Below, in pieces: positions 28,001 to 45,356 of a stretch of 64,000 bases of DNA. The notes below the pieces were generated by a model. That model did no database searches. It was not told where the DNA came from and was given only the letters and a program-made list of their open reading frames with translations. The position numbers and the translations under genes were made by a program. The DNA lies in NCBI GenBank assembly GCA_964188305.1, contig OZ076896.1; one strand, written 5' to 3'. Numbering within the stretch: position 1 is the stretch's first letter; every line of letters starts with the position of its first letter. Source of the stretch: Podarcis bocagei (Eukaryota).

Positions 28001-29058
28001 CAGTTCTTTGAAAGTTACATCACCTAACTCCATGACGTGCAACACTTCTTAATTGAGAATCTACCATCATCAGAGCAAACAACTTAAATGTAACAGCACA
28101 TTTTAATTCATCAGTTAACCAAGCCACAGATCTCTTAATACAAGCTTAAGCAAATCACCACATGCCCCTGTTACCCTAAATGCACAGATTTCATCAGTAG
28201 TTGTGTGATCCTCATCAGTGTTTTCTGACCTGTATATGTTAAATGTATTAGTGGCTGCAAGACAAAATACTTAGAATTCGGTTTAGCTATTTCCCTTTTA
28301 TGATTATTTCTCTTTGTTGCTTCCCTCAAGTCGACTCCCAACACCTGCTGAAATGTCTGAGATCCATATATACTGCACAAATGAAACAGTGTGTTACAGG
28401 TTCACAGCGATGAAAACAGGAGGGCTTAGATTAGGTTGCGTCTTCTTTTTTGTATGAAGCTCAAACTGCATCTACATTCATACAATAAGCTTCCTTTTGT
28501 GTGTTTTTCATTTAAAAAATGCCACCGACAATGTGTTCTGCAAACATGTTTTACACCTACGCTGTTTTATTTATATCTCTGCTATTAACACTTCAGAAGG
28601 AAGGTGAAGTCACAAAAGCAAAGAGAAATGCAAAAGAGACTCATCTCTCATCTTCAAGCTTCAGCTATAAAATCACATGAAAGAGGATCCCGTTAATGTG
28701 CAATTGATAATACAGTTTCTCAAGAGGAGTCCCATTGAAGTTCATAAGCCTGCTTTTACGGAACTAGCTTACAGAATCTTTAAAGGCTGAAACAATTTGC
28801 TTTTGCATTAATTGCACGTTTAAAAAATATATGTTTTTTTTAAAAAAAAAAACCAACCACCTTGTAAATGTACAATACAAGGTATGTTTGCGGTCTCCCA
28901 TGCATAAACAACATTAAATCAGCTGCCCCTGTGCTATTTACAAATATTCACAAAATCACTTACCTCCTCTCCATCCTTCCAAATATTTGGTCCACAGGGG
29001 CTGAGACTCCTACACAGAAAAAGAGAAGTAAAAGCCTAAAGGTGGTGTTGCTTTCCAT
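10929..29058 (-). CDS. ATP6AP1L: V-type proton ATPase subunit S1-like protein (Ac45-related), 7 coding exons, 376 aa: 29058-28964, 28372-28230, 21371-21310, 19173-18941, 16836-16786, 16348-16105, 11231-10929
   Basis: All six introns are GT-AG and phases are consistent (95+143+62+233+51+244+303=1131 nt). N-terminal signal-like peptide MESNTTFRLLLLFFCVGVSA; Ac45-family segments CILFWARR, YSYHC and WEVTFIDFQ|IQGF...DCASLFPPAILMGL-TM; C-terminus LRSQQYSKIYI resembles mammalian ATP6AP1L; adjacent to RPS23 as in other amniotes. Exons 4-7 are high confidence; exons 1-3 rest on splice-site and phase fit. Confidence 0.88.
11325..12091 (+). mobile_element. Solo-LTR-like element in the last ATP6AP1L intron
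   Basis: Ends GCCTTGACA (inverse of the TGTCAAGGC start of the 7908 copy); TATAAAA near 11481; AATAAA at 11993-11998; left boundary approximate. Confidence 0.5.
15943..16072. mobile_element. Short palindromic MITE-like repeat (other copies at about 5730, 10170, 15380, 19600, 47750, 58465)
   Basis: GGACT(A/C)CAACTCCCATCA...TGATGGGAGTTGTAGTCC internal inverted repeat recurring across the window. Confidence 0.65.
16105..16348 (-). CDS. ATP6AP1L: ATP6AP1L exon 6 (FMLTNSYYKLSIQNWF...WEVTFIDFQ)
   Basis: ctcctctcccag acceptor, CAG|GTAATA donor, Ac45 luminal-domain sequence with YSYHC. Confidence 0.95.
16786..16836 (-). CDS. ATP6AP1L: ATP6AP1L exon 5, 51 nt (LSLNFGDIDNLKGFVI)
   Basis: gtcatag acceptor, AG|GTATG donor, phase 2/2 bridging exons 4 and 6. 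Confidence 0.88.
18941..19173 (-). CDS. ATP6AP1L: ATP6AP1L exon 4 (IVNYNGSS...YSPLNITVNGSHCILFWARRI...NCSEENA)
   Basis: Pyrimidine-rich ...tatgcag acceptor, AT|GTAAG donor, Ac45-type CILFWA motif. Confidence 0.9.
20378..20815 (+). mobile_element. 5'-truncated L1/Tx1-type LINE 3' end in ATP6AP1L intron 3
   Basis: 20-bp TSD AAAAGCTTTTGAACCCCTGG (20358-20377 / 20816-20835) at a TT|AAAA site; ORF2-like tail EEDWRKFKTYLQKHC*; T-rich UTR; AATAAA at 20796 and A-tail. Confidence 0.82.
21310..21371 (-). CDS. ATP6AP1L: ATP6AP1L exon 3 (RRYDGSVKPKLNLQQIAFAQ)
   Basis: Strong ttcttcttcttcag acceptor, CAG|GTATGG donor, phase 1 to 0 fits neighbouring exons. Confidence 0.72.
21997..22031. repeat. (TTGA)n microsatellite
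   Basis: Direct reading. Confidence 0.95.
23296..23560. mobile_element. GC-rich hAT-like MITE
   Basis: CAGGGGCGTAGC terminus related to the 58715-59033 element; GC/CpG-rich insert. Confidence 0.5.
25025..25210. mobile_element. Penelope-like element terminal-repeat remnant forming an inverted repeat
   Basis: Perfect 49-bp inverted arms at 25033-25081 / 25111-25159; spacer holds a TGTGCATGCACA palindrome and a hammerhead-like core. Confidence 0.7.
28230..28372 (-). CDS. ATP6AP1L: ATP6AP1L exon 2 (IYGSQTF...LIHLTYT)
   Basis: tttcatttgtgcag acceptor; AG|GTCAGA donor supplies the phase 1 needed for exon 3; the donor choice is inferred. Confidence 0.62.
28964..29058 (-). CDS. ATP6AP1L: ATP6AP1L exon 1, coding part with signal peptide
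   Basis: ATG-G start, hydrophobic core LLLLFFCVGV, consensus AG|GTAAGT donor. Confidence 0.8.
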
Positions 29059-31064
29059 TGAGAAATGAATCGGTCCCTCCAGACCGAGCACATCTGTTCA
29101 TGTGTAGCAACGAGAGCTGAGCCAGTAGTCTCAGGAACCATGTGATGGATAGCACAGCCAACCAATGGGAAGCAGCATCTGAGGCCACATGGGCTACTCT
29201 AGACTCTCTATACATAGTAAGAGGCTGTCCTGAGCTGTCTTTCTCTATTGAATAGAGCCAGCTTTCTTTTATGACTTACAATTCATGCCAGCGTGGGGGG
29301 GGGGGGGGAGACGCAACTGAAGACTTGAGGGAAAGAGCTGGTCATTAAGAAGCGTCTTTCGACAAGTGCGCTTCCGTACTAAAGCTCCCTAAAGGAAGAT
29401 AAGACTGCAGTTAGGGATGGGGGGGCAGGTATCCTTTGAAATTCACAGTTCTTTGAATTTTTGCGATGCAGTTTTCAAAGCAAATACTGCGCACAAAAAT
29501 GCACATATTCGTGGGGGGAAATATACAAAAAATGCATACTACTAGAGGAAATTGCTTGCAAAAACGTGCTCGTTTAAATTGCATAGAAAAATGTGTGTGG
29601 TAGGAGGAATGTACACTAAAATGCTGACAAAGTTTTGCAAGAACCCTTTTTTAAATTGATAAAAAAATCACAGTGATGTGGAAATATGAAGGACTGGACT
29701 TTAAATTGGGGAAATGTGGAGGAGGAGGGTTAATGGCAGAGCAGAATTTGAACCCAAGTCTCTCTCATTCTTGCCCAGCACCACCACTCTGGATCTCTAT
29801 CACTAATGGTTGGAAAGGGAGGGTGGGCTAAACCGCTTACCTGGTTTCCCAACACCAGATTCACTGCTGGTTACCAAGAAGGGGAAGGGGCGAGGAGGAG
29901 GAGCAGGGGGTATGGTTCAGGGGCAGTGGTGGAACCAATCTCCCTGCCACCTCACCCTTTCCCTCCCAGTAACTAGCAGTAACCCCAGCATTAGGAAATC
30001 AGATAAGCAGCACAGCCCCCCACTGCCTGCTGGTGCAAAATGTAACTTTGTGTGGAGTAATGCATGAAAGCTTGAAACATCTGGGCAGCACGTATTTAAA
30101 CAGGGACCTCCAGCAAGGAGACGTGGAATGATCAAGGACTCTCAAGAGTTATAGGCTCCAGTGTCCTTCATTGCTGTAAACTGTCTGCTCTCAGTTCATT
30201 TGCCCTTTCTCATTATTTCAGCCCTTGCTCATAAAATCCTAAATCCAAAGAACGGAAGCCGAATAAATTGGGCAAAATAAATCCATCTACATTTGCATTG
30301 GCATATGATGTGAATATATCTCTTTACCCTTGCCCTTGACACCTGAGGTATATAAAGATGTTAGGAGCAGCCCCATTATTCTGATTAACTGTTTTAATTT
30401 ATCATAATACTGTCTTTTTTATGTTTCTCCACCCTGTGAACTTATGGTAAAGGGTGGAAGAGGAGCAGAGGTGGACTTTGGGGAGTATGACCACTTCTGT
30501 CACACTGGGAACCAAGCATCAGGTGAACAACAGTAGACTCTGTAAATTTAGAATAGAGCGTGAGAAGGTGGGCAATTTTTGCCATCACACAGGGCGCCAC
30601 TGAAATTTGAGATCCCAAGGTCTGCCACTGGGAGGAGGAGGATAGTAATAATAGTAATGATAATGATGATGTATTATATAATAATAATAATTTAGTCAGT
30701 ATTGGTCAGGTTCATCTGCTGCAATAAAAATATCAGTCCCGTGACATCTTAAAGTTTAATGAACTTCTTTGGATTGCAAAATTTGGATGAAAGAATGTAG
30801 TTGTTCTTTGGGTCCAATGTACGCAGCCCTGAATATATGCTGCCTTTATTGCTTACTAGCTAGTGTCATATACCTACTGATGTGATCATGTGAAGAAATG
30901 ACCGATTAAGGAGGCCAGTCAAATGCAACCTAGATATAGGATTAAGCAGGGGGTTTAGCATCTGCAGCCATTAGGCTTTGGGATTTACCATCTTTAATTA
31001 TTTTTTCCTCGAGTGATACAGAGAGTATACGATAATCTCCAAATCCTTCTCCAGCCCGTATGCG

Positions 31065-31407
31065 CATAGGCGCCGACTCCATGAGGCTTGAGGGGGCCCG
31101 AGCCCCCTCAAAAATTCGTTTGGGGGGGCTCTGCCCCCCCAATAATCTCCAGCGCCCCTCCAGCAGAGCACCATCGCCGCCCCTTCCCCAGCCCAAAATG
31201 CACAGGGTCGGGCTGCATGCCTCCTGCCCTCCCTCCCGAGCAAAAGCTCCACCCAATTTCCTTCGGAGCTGATTAATAGGCGCAGCACGCTCTCCCCTAT
31301 TCGCTCACGAGGAGGCGGCGCCACTTTATTTGCATATTCATGAGCTTATTTATTATTCATGAGCTTTCCTGGGCCCCCCCAATATTTTTTATAAGTCCGC
31401 GTCCCTG
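31065..31407. mobile_element. Young hAT-type MITE
   Basis: Perfect 8-bp TSD CGTATGCG (31057-31064 / 31408-31415), imperfect TIRs, CpG-rich. Confidence 0.82.
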
Positions 31408-32754
31408 CGTATGCGTCCAGATCACTTTTCATTTGACAGGAAACCCAAATGCAGGTCTTACAACAAAAGCCCAGCCTAACAAAACAAAGAGAGGAATCAT
31501 ACTACTCTAATGGCTGAAGTGCATTGGCAGAAGACACACCCCTTTTTTGAAGGGGGGAAAAAAGAAACCACAGTAAAACATTTGTTTGTGGTGATAAATA
31601 AAGATCAGAAAGGGAACTGGGGTGGGTGGGGGGAATTTCAGTCGATGTAAACAGACAGGACTGAAATTATTTCAACTCACCTTATTGAGGGAATAAAAAG
31701 AAGGGCTGGAGGAAAACCCATCTGCATACTTTAGAAGCATTCAAAAGACATTAATTCATATATGGCACCAACATTTTTACCTCTATAATTATAGGGGGGG
31801 GCTGGTCAAAAGAAGCTTTTCTCTGCCATGAGTCTTCCAGAGAGCATTTAAAAAACACGCCAGATCAAAATGATACTGAGTACAATAACATGATAACTGT
31901 ATGCTTGTGAGAACATGATCTCCCCACTCCCAGCTGAGTGGGATTTGAAACTAGTAAGGAAAATAACATTTTATAAGCTCCGAGAGACTGCCTTATTCTT
32001 ACTAGTCACATGTTCCACTGAAAACAGGTCCCAGGGCTAACTCCCAAAGATCCTAGGACTGCATTTATGCCCTCTCTCTTAAGCTTTCTGGGGCCATCAA
32101 TCCAGAAATGAAAATATTTCCAACTAAAACCTCTCTTCCATACATGAATGCTTCAGTGACCAAAGATGCAAACACTTGCAAGTTTTACCCTTATCTATCA
32201 GCACATTTCCACAGCTTCACTGTTCTTTTTAAAGTTCCCACATCTGTCTCCTCCTTTGTCAGAAGACAAGACCTTGGGGAAAGAAAAATTACTAATAACA
32301 AAGTAGGCGAGATGTAAGTTGTCAGCAGTAACTGGGCCAAAAATGTACGCTGACCGTCCTTCAGATTCTGCAACTGAATGTGTTATCATTAGAAAAGGTA
32401 TTTGGTTTTTAACTTGCAAAAAGGATGTTGCCAATGGTGTGCTGCAACGATCATCAAAATCCGCTTTCCGGATGCAAGCGTGAGTCCAGCCATTTTTAAG
32501 AGCCTCCTTGAAATCCAAATAAAGACAAGTGGCCTCCAGCATGGTAAGCAATTTGGGAACTGCTGTTCGGGCATTTCTTCACCTGCTAGCATTGTGCAGA
32601 AAAAATGAGCTGTAATGCAGCCATCATCTCAAAGCAAAAACAAGAGATGGGTTGATAAGGTTAGGCTGGCCTTTTCCTGCTAGCATTGTAAGCTTAAAGG
32701 AGCACATCAGTAGAAGTCTTGCCTTTACAGAATTGAGTGCACAGCTACCATCTA

Positions 32755-34060
32755 ACATAAGAAGAACATAAGAAGAACTTGGGCTGGATCAGGCCAATAA
32801 CCCATCCAGCCCAACATCCTGTCCTCACATCCTGTCCTGAAGCCCACAAACAGGATTTCCATTCCCCCCACTGTTGAGTCCCAAGAAAACGGTAATAAGA
32901 GGGACATTACCTCTAATAACAGTCATCATGACTAGTAGCCATGGATGGCCTGATCTTCCACAAATTTATCTAAACCTCTTTTAAAGCCATCACTGCATAT
33001 TGTGGGAACAAATTCCATCGTTTAACTATGTACTGAGCGAAGATGTACTCTCCTTTGTCTGTCTTGAGTCGACCAACGTTCACCGAATGTACACACTACA
33101 CTTTTAAAGCACATTCAAAGTCCACTCCCCCCCCCTTCTTCAGGTGAATTCTGGGCACTGTAAGAGTTGGTGGGAACAGTAGCTCTGTGAGGGTATTCTT
33201 TGAAGGAAATAATATATTTTAGAGGTGCTTTAAAGTTACAGTGTGCATGTTTCACAGATTCACCTTGCTTTCTAATATTATGGAAGATAAACACTTTTTT
33301 TTCTATCCCACTTCATGCATAATTTTATACACCTCTACCAAGTCGTCTCCGGGTGGCGGGTGGCGCTGTGGGTAAAAGCCTCAGCGCCTAGGGCTTGCCG
33401 ATCGAAAGGTCGGCGGTTCGAATCCCCGCGGCGGGGTGCGCTCCCGCTGCTCGGTCCCAGCGCCTGCCAACCTAGCAGTTCGAAAGCACCCCTGGGTGCA
33501 AGTAGATAAATAGGTACCGCTTACCAGCGGGAAGGTAAACGGCGTTCCGTGTGCTGCGCTGGCTCGCCAGATGCAGCTTTGTCACGCTGGCCACGTGACC
33601 CGGAAGTGTCTCCGGACAGCGCTGGCCCACGGCCTATAGAGTGAGATGGGGGCACAAACCCCAGAGTCTGTCAAGACTGGCCCGTAACGGGCAGGGGTAC
33701 CTTTACCTTTACCTTTACCAAGTCGTCTCACTCACCTCTTAACTAAAAAACCTGAAATGCTGCTGTATTACCTCATAGGAGAGTTGCTCCTGCCCAGTGA
33801 TCATTATGGTTGCCCTTTTTTGAACCTCTTCCTGCTCTACAATGGCCTTCTTGAGGTGAGGCAGCCAGAACTGCGCCAAATGTCACCACACCATATATGT
33901 TACAATGAAACTCTGATATTGGCAGTTTTATTTTCAATCCCTTTCTTAATGAGCCCTAACACGGAATATGGTTTTTTAAAGCTGCTGCTGCACACTGGGT
34001 CAACATCTTTGAGTTATCCACGATGACCCCAAGGTCTTACTTCTGGTCAGTCACTGCCCT
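32755..34060 (-). mobile_element. Decayed CR1-type LINE 3' fragment carrying nested inserts
   Basis: CATAAGAA tandem terminus followed by CTGGATCAGGCCAAT...CATCCTG; shorter copies at about 1520, 13858, 15090, 23590 and 45950. Confidence 0.6.
33350..33715 (+). mobile_element. Full-length Sauria-type SINE
   Basis: GGTGGCGCTGTGG box A, GGTTCGAATCCC box B, (ACCTTT)n tail, 14-bp TSD TACCAAGTCGTCTC (33336-33349 / 33716-33729). Confidence 0.92.
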
Positions 34061-34117
34061 GCATCCAATGGCTGGTATTCAGCAGGCATGAGGTAGCCAA
34101 TGTGGTGCCTAACAGAC

Positions 34118-34118
<1 letters not shown>

Positions 34119-34167
<49 letters not shown>
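34119..34167. repeat. (TTA)n microsatellite, probably an L2 tail
   Basis: Direct reading. Confidence 0.95.
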
Positions 34168-34169
<2 letters not shown>

Positions 34170-34219
34170 CACCCTATACCCAGAGGTTTCAGGGTGGATA
34201 ACAGAATAAAATCAAACTA

Positions 34220-34572
34220 GTAAAGGTAAAGGGACCCCTGACCATTGGGTCCAGTTGTGACCGACTCTGGGGTTGTGGTGCTCATCTTGCTTTATTGGCC
34301 AAGGGAGCCAGCGTACAGCTTCCGGGTCATGTGGCCAGCATGACTAAGCCGCTTCTGGCGAACCAGAGCAGCGCACGGAAAAGCCGTTTACCTTCCCACC
34401 GGAGCGGTACCTATTTATCTACTTGCACCTTGACGTGCTTTTGAACTGCTAGGTTGACAGGAGCAGGAACCGAGCAACGGGAGCTCACCCTGTTGTGGGG
34501 ATTCGAACCACCAACCTTCTGATCGGCAAGTCCTAGGTTCTGTGGTTTAACCCACAGCGCCACCCGTGCCCC
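34220..34572 (-). mobile_element. Sauria-type SINE inserted in an L2-like tail
   Basis: AAAGGTAAAG tail, GGGATTCGAACC box B, CCACAGCGCCACC box A (minus); flanked by AAAATCAAA. Confidence 0.9.
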
Positions 34573-37500
34573 CCCAAAAAAAATCAAAATACAAGACCAC
34601 AAAATACATAATCAAAATAAAAACAACATCCCAATAACTCCCCCCCAAACCCCCCCCCCCATTTTAAAAGGGCATAGGATGTCAATCAAATCAGCCAAAG
34701 TCCTGGTTAAAAAGGAACATTTTTGTCTGGTGCCTAAAGGTCTATAATGAAGGCACCAGGCAAACTTCCCTGGGGAGAGCATTCCATAGATGGGGAGCCA
34801 CTGCAGAGAAGGCCCATTCTCATGTTACCACCCTCCAGACTTCTCGAGGAAGAGGCACACAATGATCCCAGGGTTTGGGTAGGTTCATATGGAAAGAGGT
34901 GGTCCTTGTTGGTTCTTAACTCCCATTATGCTGGCTGAGGCTGATGGGAGTTCTGGTACCTCACACAAACAGGTTCAATATGGAGGCTCTTCGCAATGGT
35001 AAATGGTCCACCTCTTCTTCTTCTTTTCTTTTGCCTTGCTGACATCTCTTTGCCTACCCACCTGGAATCCTCTTACCTGGCATCAGCTAAGAACGTTTAC
35101 AGTAAAACCATGTAGCTGGTCAGTGTGAAATTCCACGTGATATTAAAAAGAAAAGCATAGGCAGGGAAGATAGTATCTTCTTAGATCCTCCTGACAGAAA
35201 ACTGTTTGGGGAGCAACACTATTTGAACAGGATGTGAAAGATACAGAATGGTTAGGCAGTAGTGCTTTTTGCTCCCCTAACAGAGGCAGCCAATGTCCCA
35301 ATCCTCTCTGGTTTTACACATTTGACAAGAAGTCAGAACATGTTGCACAACTCAGCAAACCTTGTCTCGGCCAGGATTACATAAACGTTGCTGAAGACCT
35401 GAAGACACCAGCTGCGCTGCCTAATGCCTGAAGGATTATACACAGCCTACATTTACATCCAGGGAATGGCAACGGCCCCAGGTTTTATGGTTTTCAGCAT
35501 TGATAATTCATACATGCGACTAGCACCTCCTCAGGCAAGCAGAGGTAAGAAAAGTTCTGAACAGAGATAGCTGGTGACACATCAGGACTGAAGATCCCTT
35601 CACGCTAAACACTTTGTGAAGTACAATAGCCTTCACACATCACAGCTGCTTGAAGATGAAACAGGTACACGTCCTTTTAATGTGGCTGTCATTTTCATAC
35701 CCGCAAATACTTACTGAATCGGTTTTTGGGCACACACTACAAAGCCATCACACCTCCAATATTCCCCCCTTCTTGATAGAATATTGTTTTCTGACCACTT
35801 GTGTTTCCATAAGTAGCCGTAAAATACTGTCAGGTCAGTTCCTGGTGTTACGACTTACATAGATACACAGAGCACAATCCTAACAATTTCTACTCAGATG
35901 TAAGTTCTGTTGAAAGACAGGTTTTTCCAAGTATTACCTGAAGCTGAGAGATTGGAACTGGGACCTTCGGCATGCCAAGCAGAAGCTCTTTCCCCTTGTT
36001 TTAAAAATTATCTCTGGCCCCCATTGCCAGGTGGAAAAAAAATTAAACCAGGCCACAAGCTATCTGAGCCAAGAACCAATAGAGTAAATGTGTCTCTGAA
36101 CAAACATAAACAGTCTTTTGAACAATTTTAAACAATGGAAAACAGCCTAAGTAAATCTAGGGATGTTTTGAGGATAGCAGGGCTTAAAGCAGCAGTCTAA
36201 TGATATTACTAGTATTTGATCGAAATCAGTACTTAAAAAACCCAGGACACAACCCATTCTAACTAAGTATTGTATGAAAAGATTGGCATAGGGAGCAATA
36301 GAAACCCGTTACACCCATTTTCCCAGCTGGCACAGGCACGCGCGCGCACACACAATGAAAGGTCTGTGTGTTCCTCTTCCACTCTGATCACTCCCTCTCA
36401 TCTGGTTCTTGAGTTATAATGCGTAGGCCCTTAAGAGCTTAGGTAACAGCACAGAACAAGTACGACATTCTCAACCATAACAAAGCTTTGTAAATGTTAT
36501 ATTCTACTATGCAACAGCATTTTGTAGGCATAATCTATATACAATTGAGAAAAAAGCCGAGCAAAATTCCCTAAGTTTGAGCTAAATAGCACACTCAGAC
36601 TTAGCTACTTGTCCAAATCTTACACCTATTCAGGATCTCCCTTCCCCATACTACAGAGGGAATAGTTCCATTTGAGCCAGACTAGCATTCTGCTCCTGTG
36701 CTCTAAGACAGCTTCTGTGCAATCCTGCTCTGAAATGTGCGATGAAATCTGTATCCTATCCTCCATCCTGCCTAGTTGCAATTCTGTCCTCTCACTTTGT
36801 GTAGTCTCCTTTCAACATGTTATGCTTCTCTGGCCATGGTAGCCCTTGAACTTCTCAGTTTATTATGGTTGGGAGAGCTGCTCCCCTGTTTAGGCACAAG
36901 GATAATTCAAGAGTGCAAACAGGCAGCCATGTGCCAGGCAACATCTTATGGTTTATGGTGTCGTTAAGACACCAGCCACTTGAGCGTGTAGAGCAGAACA
37001 TCTGTGCTGCTAGGCTCATGGGCCTGTGTACTATAATCCATCTTGTGTTTGTGTTCTGATAATGGTTTTGGAGTGCACTGCATGCATGCAAAACATGACA
37101 TTGTGGACAGAGCACACCTACTGTATATCACAGTTTCTGTCTGCTTAATCTCTCTGATACTGCAGCTTTACCATTGCACAGGTATAGCTGCACCTTGGGC
37201 TGGGATATACAGCTGCTGGCATCTAAGGCAGGTCAGTGACTCCTTGACATTAGACAGGAATGGAACATCAAAATATTAATCTTGGTCTGATATGTATACG
37301 AGTGAAAGGCCACAGCAAGATGCTGCTGAGAATCCAAGGATAAATGTGGAACAGAATACTTTACTGTCATTGCAGTTTACCTCTGAAGAGTCAAATAAAC
37401 CTGCATTAAATTGTCTCAGCATATCAGTAATTAAAATAGGTTGGTTTCAGTCTCCTATGCAAGCTTCAATTGATAATTTAAAGGAAATTTCATAAATCTA

Positions 37501-38077
37501 TCCAATTTACTCAGAACTCAGTCCCACTGGTTTTAATAGGCTTATTTCTTACTAAGTGTACAAAGCCTTGTAGCCTTCAACCAATCAATGGCAGCATGTC
37601 AAAGTAAGTCATTTTAAGACTCCAAGCAAAAGGCCATTATCTAAAAACAAATATGGACTATTGTGTTCTGCCAAAAATCCATTTTTCCTTAAAAGGCTAG
37701 TTTTCTCCTTTTTTAAATAAGCAAGCCCAGCAACATAAGCATCAAGCAAAAATTGTCATTTAACTTTTAGTTATGTCAATACTTAAAAGAAAGTGACAAA
37801 CTGCTGCATGAATGAATTTTAAAGTGTCGCTAATATGTAGACATTCCTTTACACTGCTTTCATTTCTGTGGTTCAGAATGGAACCAAATTCTTCTGCAAC
37901 TGAGGCTACAATCATATACAGCCCAACTAGAAACCACATTTGCACAGAAAAGCCATGTAAAAGTTAAAACAACCCAACTTGTACAAGAGAGAATTCTGTT
38001 GTGAAATTACTTCCATACTACAAAAAGCTGAACTACTATGAAAAGATTCCTCAGAAACATATTGTCAAATGAGAAGT

Positions 38078-38083
38078 TTTATT
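38078..38083 (-). terminator. Polyadenylation signal of RPS23 copy A
   Basis: AATAAA 25 nt after the TAA stop. Confidence 0.8.
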
Positions 38084-38108
38084 ATAGCTGAATGCAGCAT
38101 CACAGATA

Positions 38109-41603
<3,495 letters not shown>

Positions 41604-41646
41604 CTTCCTCCTGCTGCAGCTGCTGCCGGTTCGCCCGAAGGAACCT

Positions 41647-41667
41647 GAGAGAGGGAGAGAGCGAGGA
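41647..41667 (-). promoter_or_regulatory. Polypyrimidine TCT initiator / 5'TOP-like tract of RPS23 copy A
   Basis: CCTCGCTCTCTCCCTCTCTC on the minus strand, preceded by the same GCGGTGGnTTGTGGG motif as copy B. Confidence 0.65.
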
Positions 41668-42238
41668 TGACCCACAACCCACAACCCACCGCGACAGCTT
41701 CTCGCCGAGGACCTCACGCGGGGCGTCTACTTTCGCGCCTGTCTCCCTTCCTTCCGAAACGCCTCACTGAGGTTAAAGAGGCTGTGAAAACGAAGCGCCG
41801 AGCGGGTGCCGAAAGCTGAAGGGTGTGTGTATGCGTGTCAAGAAATAACTTGAAGCTTTACTAATAAATTAGGAAATCGCAGGTTGTGGGGGGGGGGAGG
41901 GTGAGAGTGAACTTCCGGCTTTAAATAAAAGCCGCCATATTGGATAGCCTAAGAGGCGCTCTAGCCGTAGCTTCTCCGTGGTGGAAGAGGCCGCCCGGTA
42001 CCACGCGCGAGAAATAAAGGCGTGAAGGAATGGCGGAAGTCGCGACCAGAACATCTGTGGGGAGGGGGCGGCAGAGATGGTGCAGCCTGAGAACTACGAC
42101 TCCCACAACGCATCGCGCGGCAGCCGCCATCTTTTGCCAACCCGCTCAAACTTTTCCTTCCCCGTTTAGGCACCGGCTTAGGCAGCCCGTTCCCGAGGTC
42201 CTCGGAGCGGGATCTCTTTGCCGCGGTGGATTGTGGGT

Positions 42239-42255
42239 CTTTCTCTTTCCTCCTC
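42239..42255 (+). promoter_or_regulatory. Polypyrimidine TCT initiator / 5'TOP tract of RPS23 copy B
   Basis: CTTTCTCTTTCCTCCTC about 20-35 nt upstream of the ATG; typical of vertebrate ribosomal protein genes. Confidence 0.75.
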
Positions 42256-42274
42256 GGGATCGTCGGACGGCACG

Positions 42275-45326
<3,052 letters not shown>

Positions 45327-45350
45327 AGTTATGTTGTTATCAAGATGATC

Positions 45351-45356
45351 AATAAA
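45351..45356 (+). terminator. Polyadenylation signal of RPS23 copy B
   Basis: AATAAA 24 nt after the TAA stop, followed by a GT/T-rich downstream element. Confidence 0.8.

Noticed and set aside
29130-29155. Split RE1/REST-like site upstream of ATP6AP1L
   Set aside because: Both half-sites are degenerate and the spacing is non-canonical.
33350-33430. tRNA gene (A/B boxes)
   Set aside because: It is the tRNA-derived head of a SINE, continuing into the SINE body and tail with a TSD.
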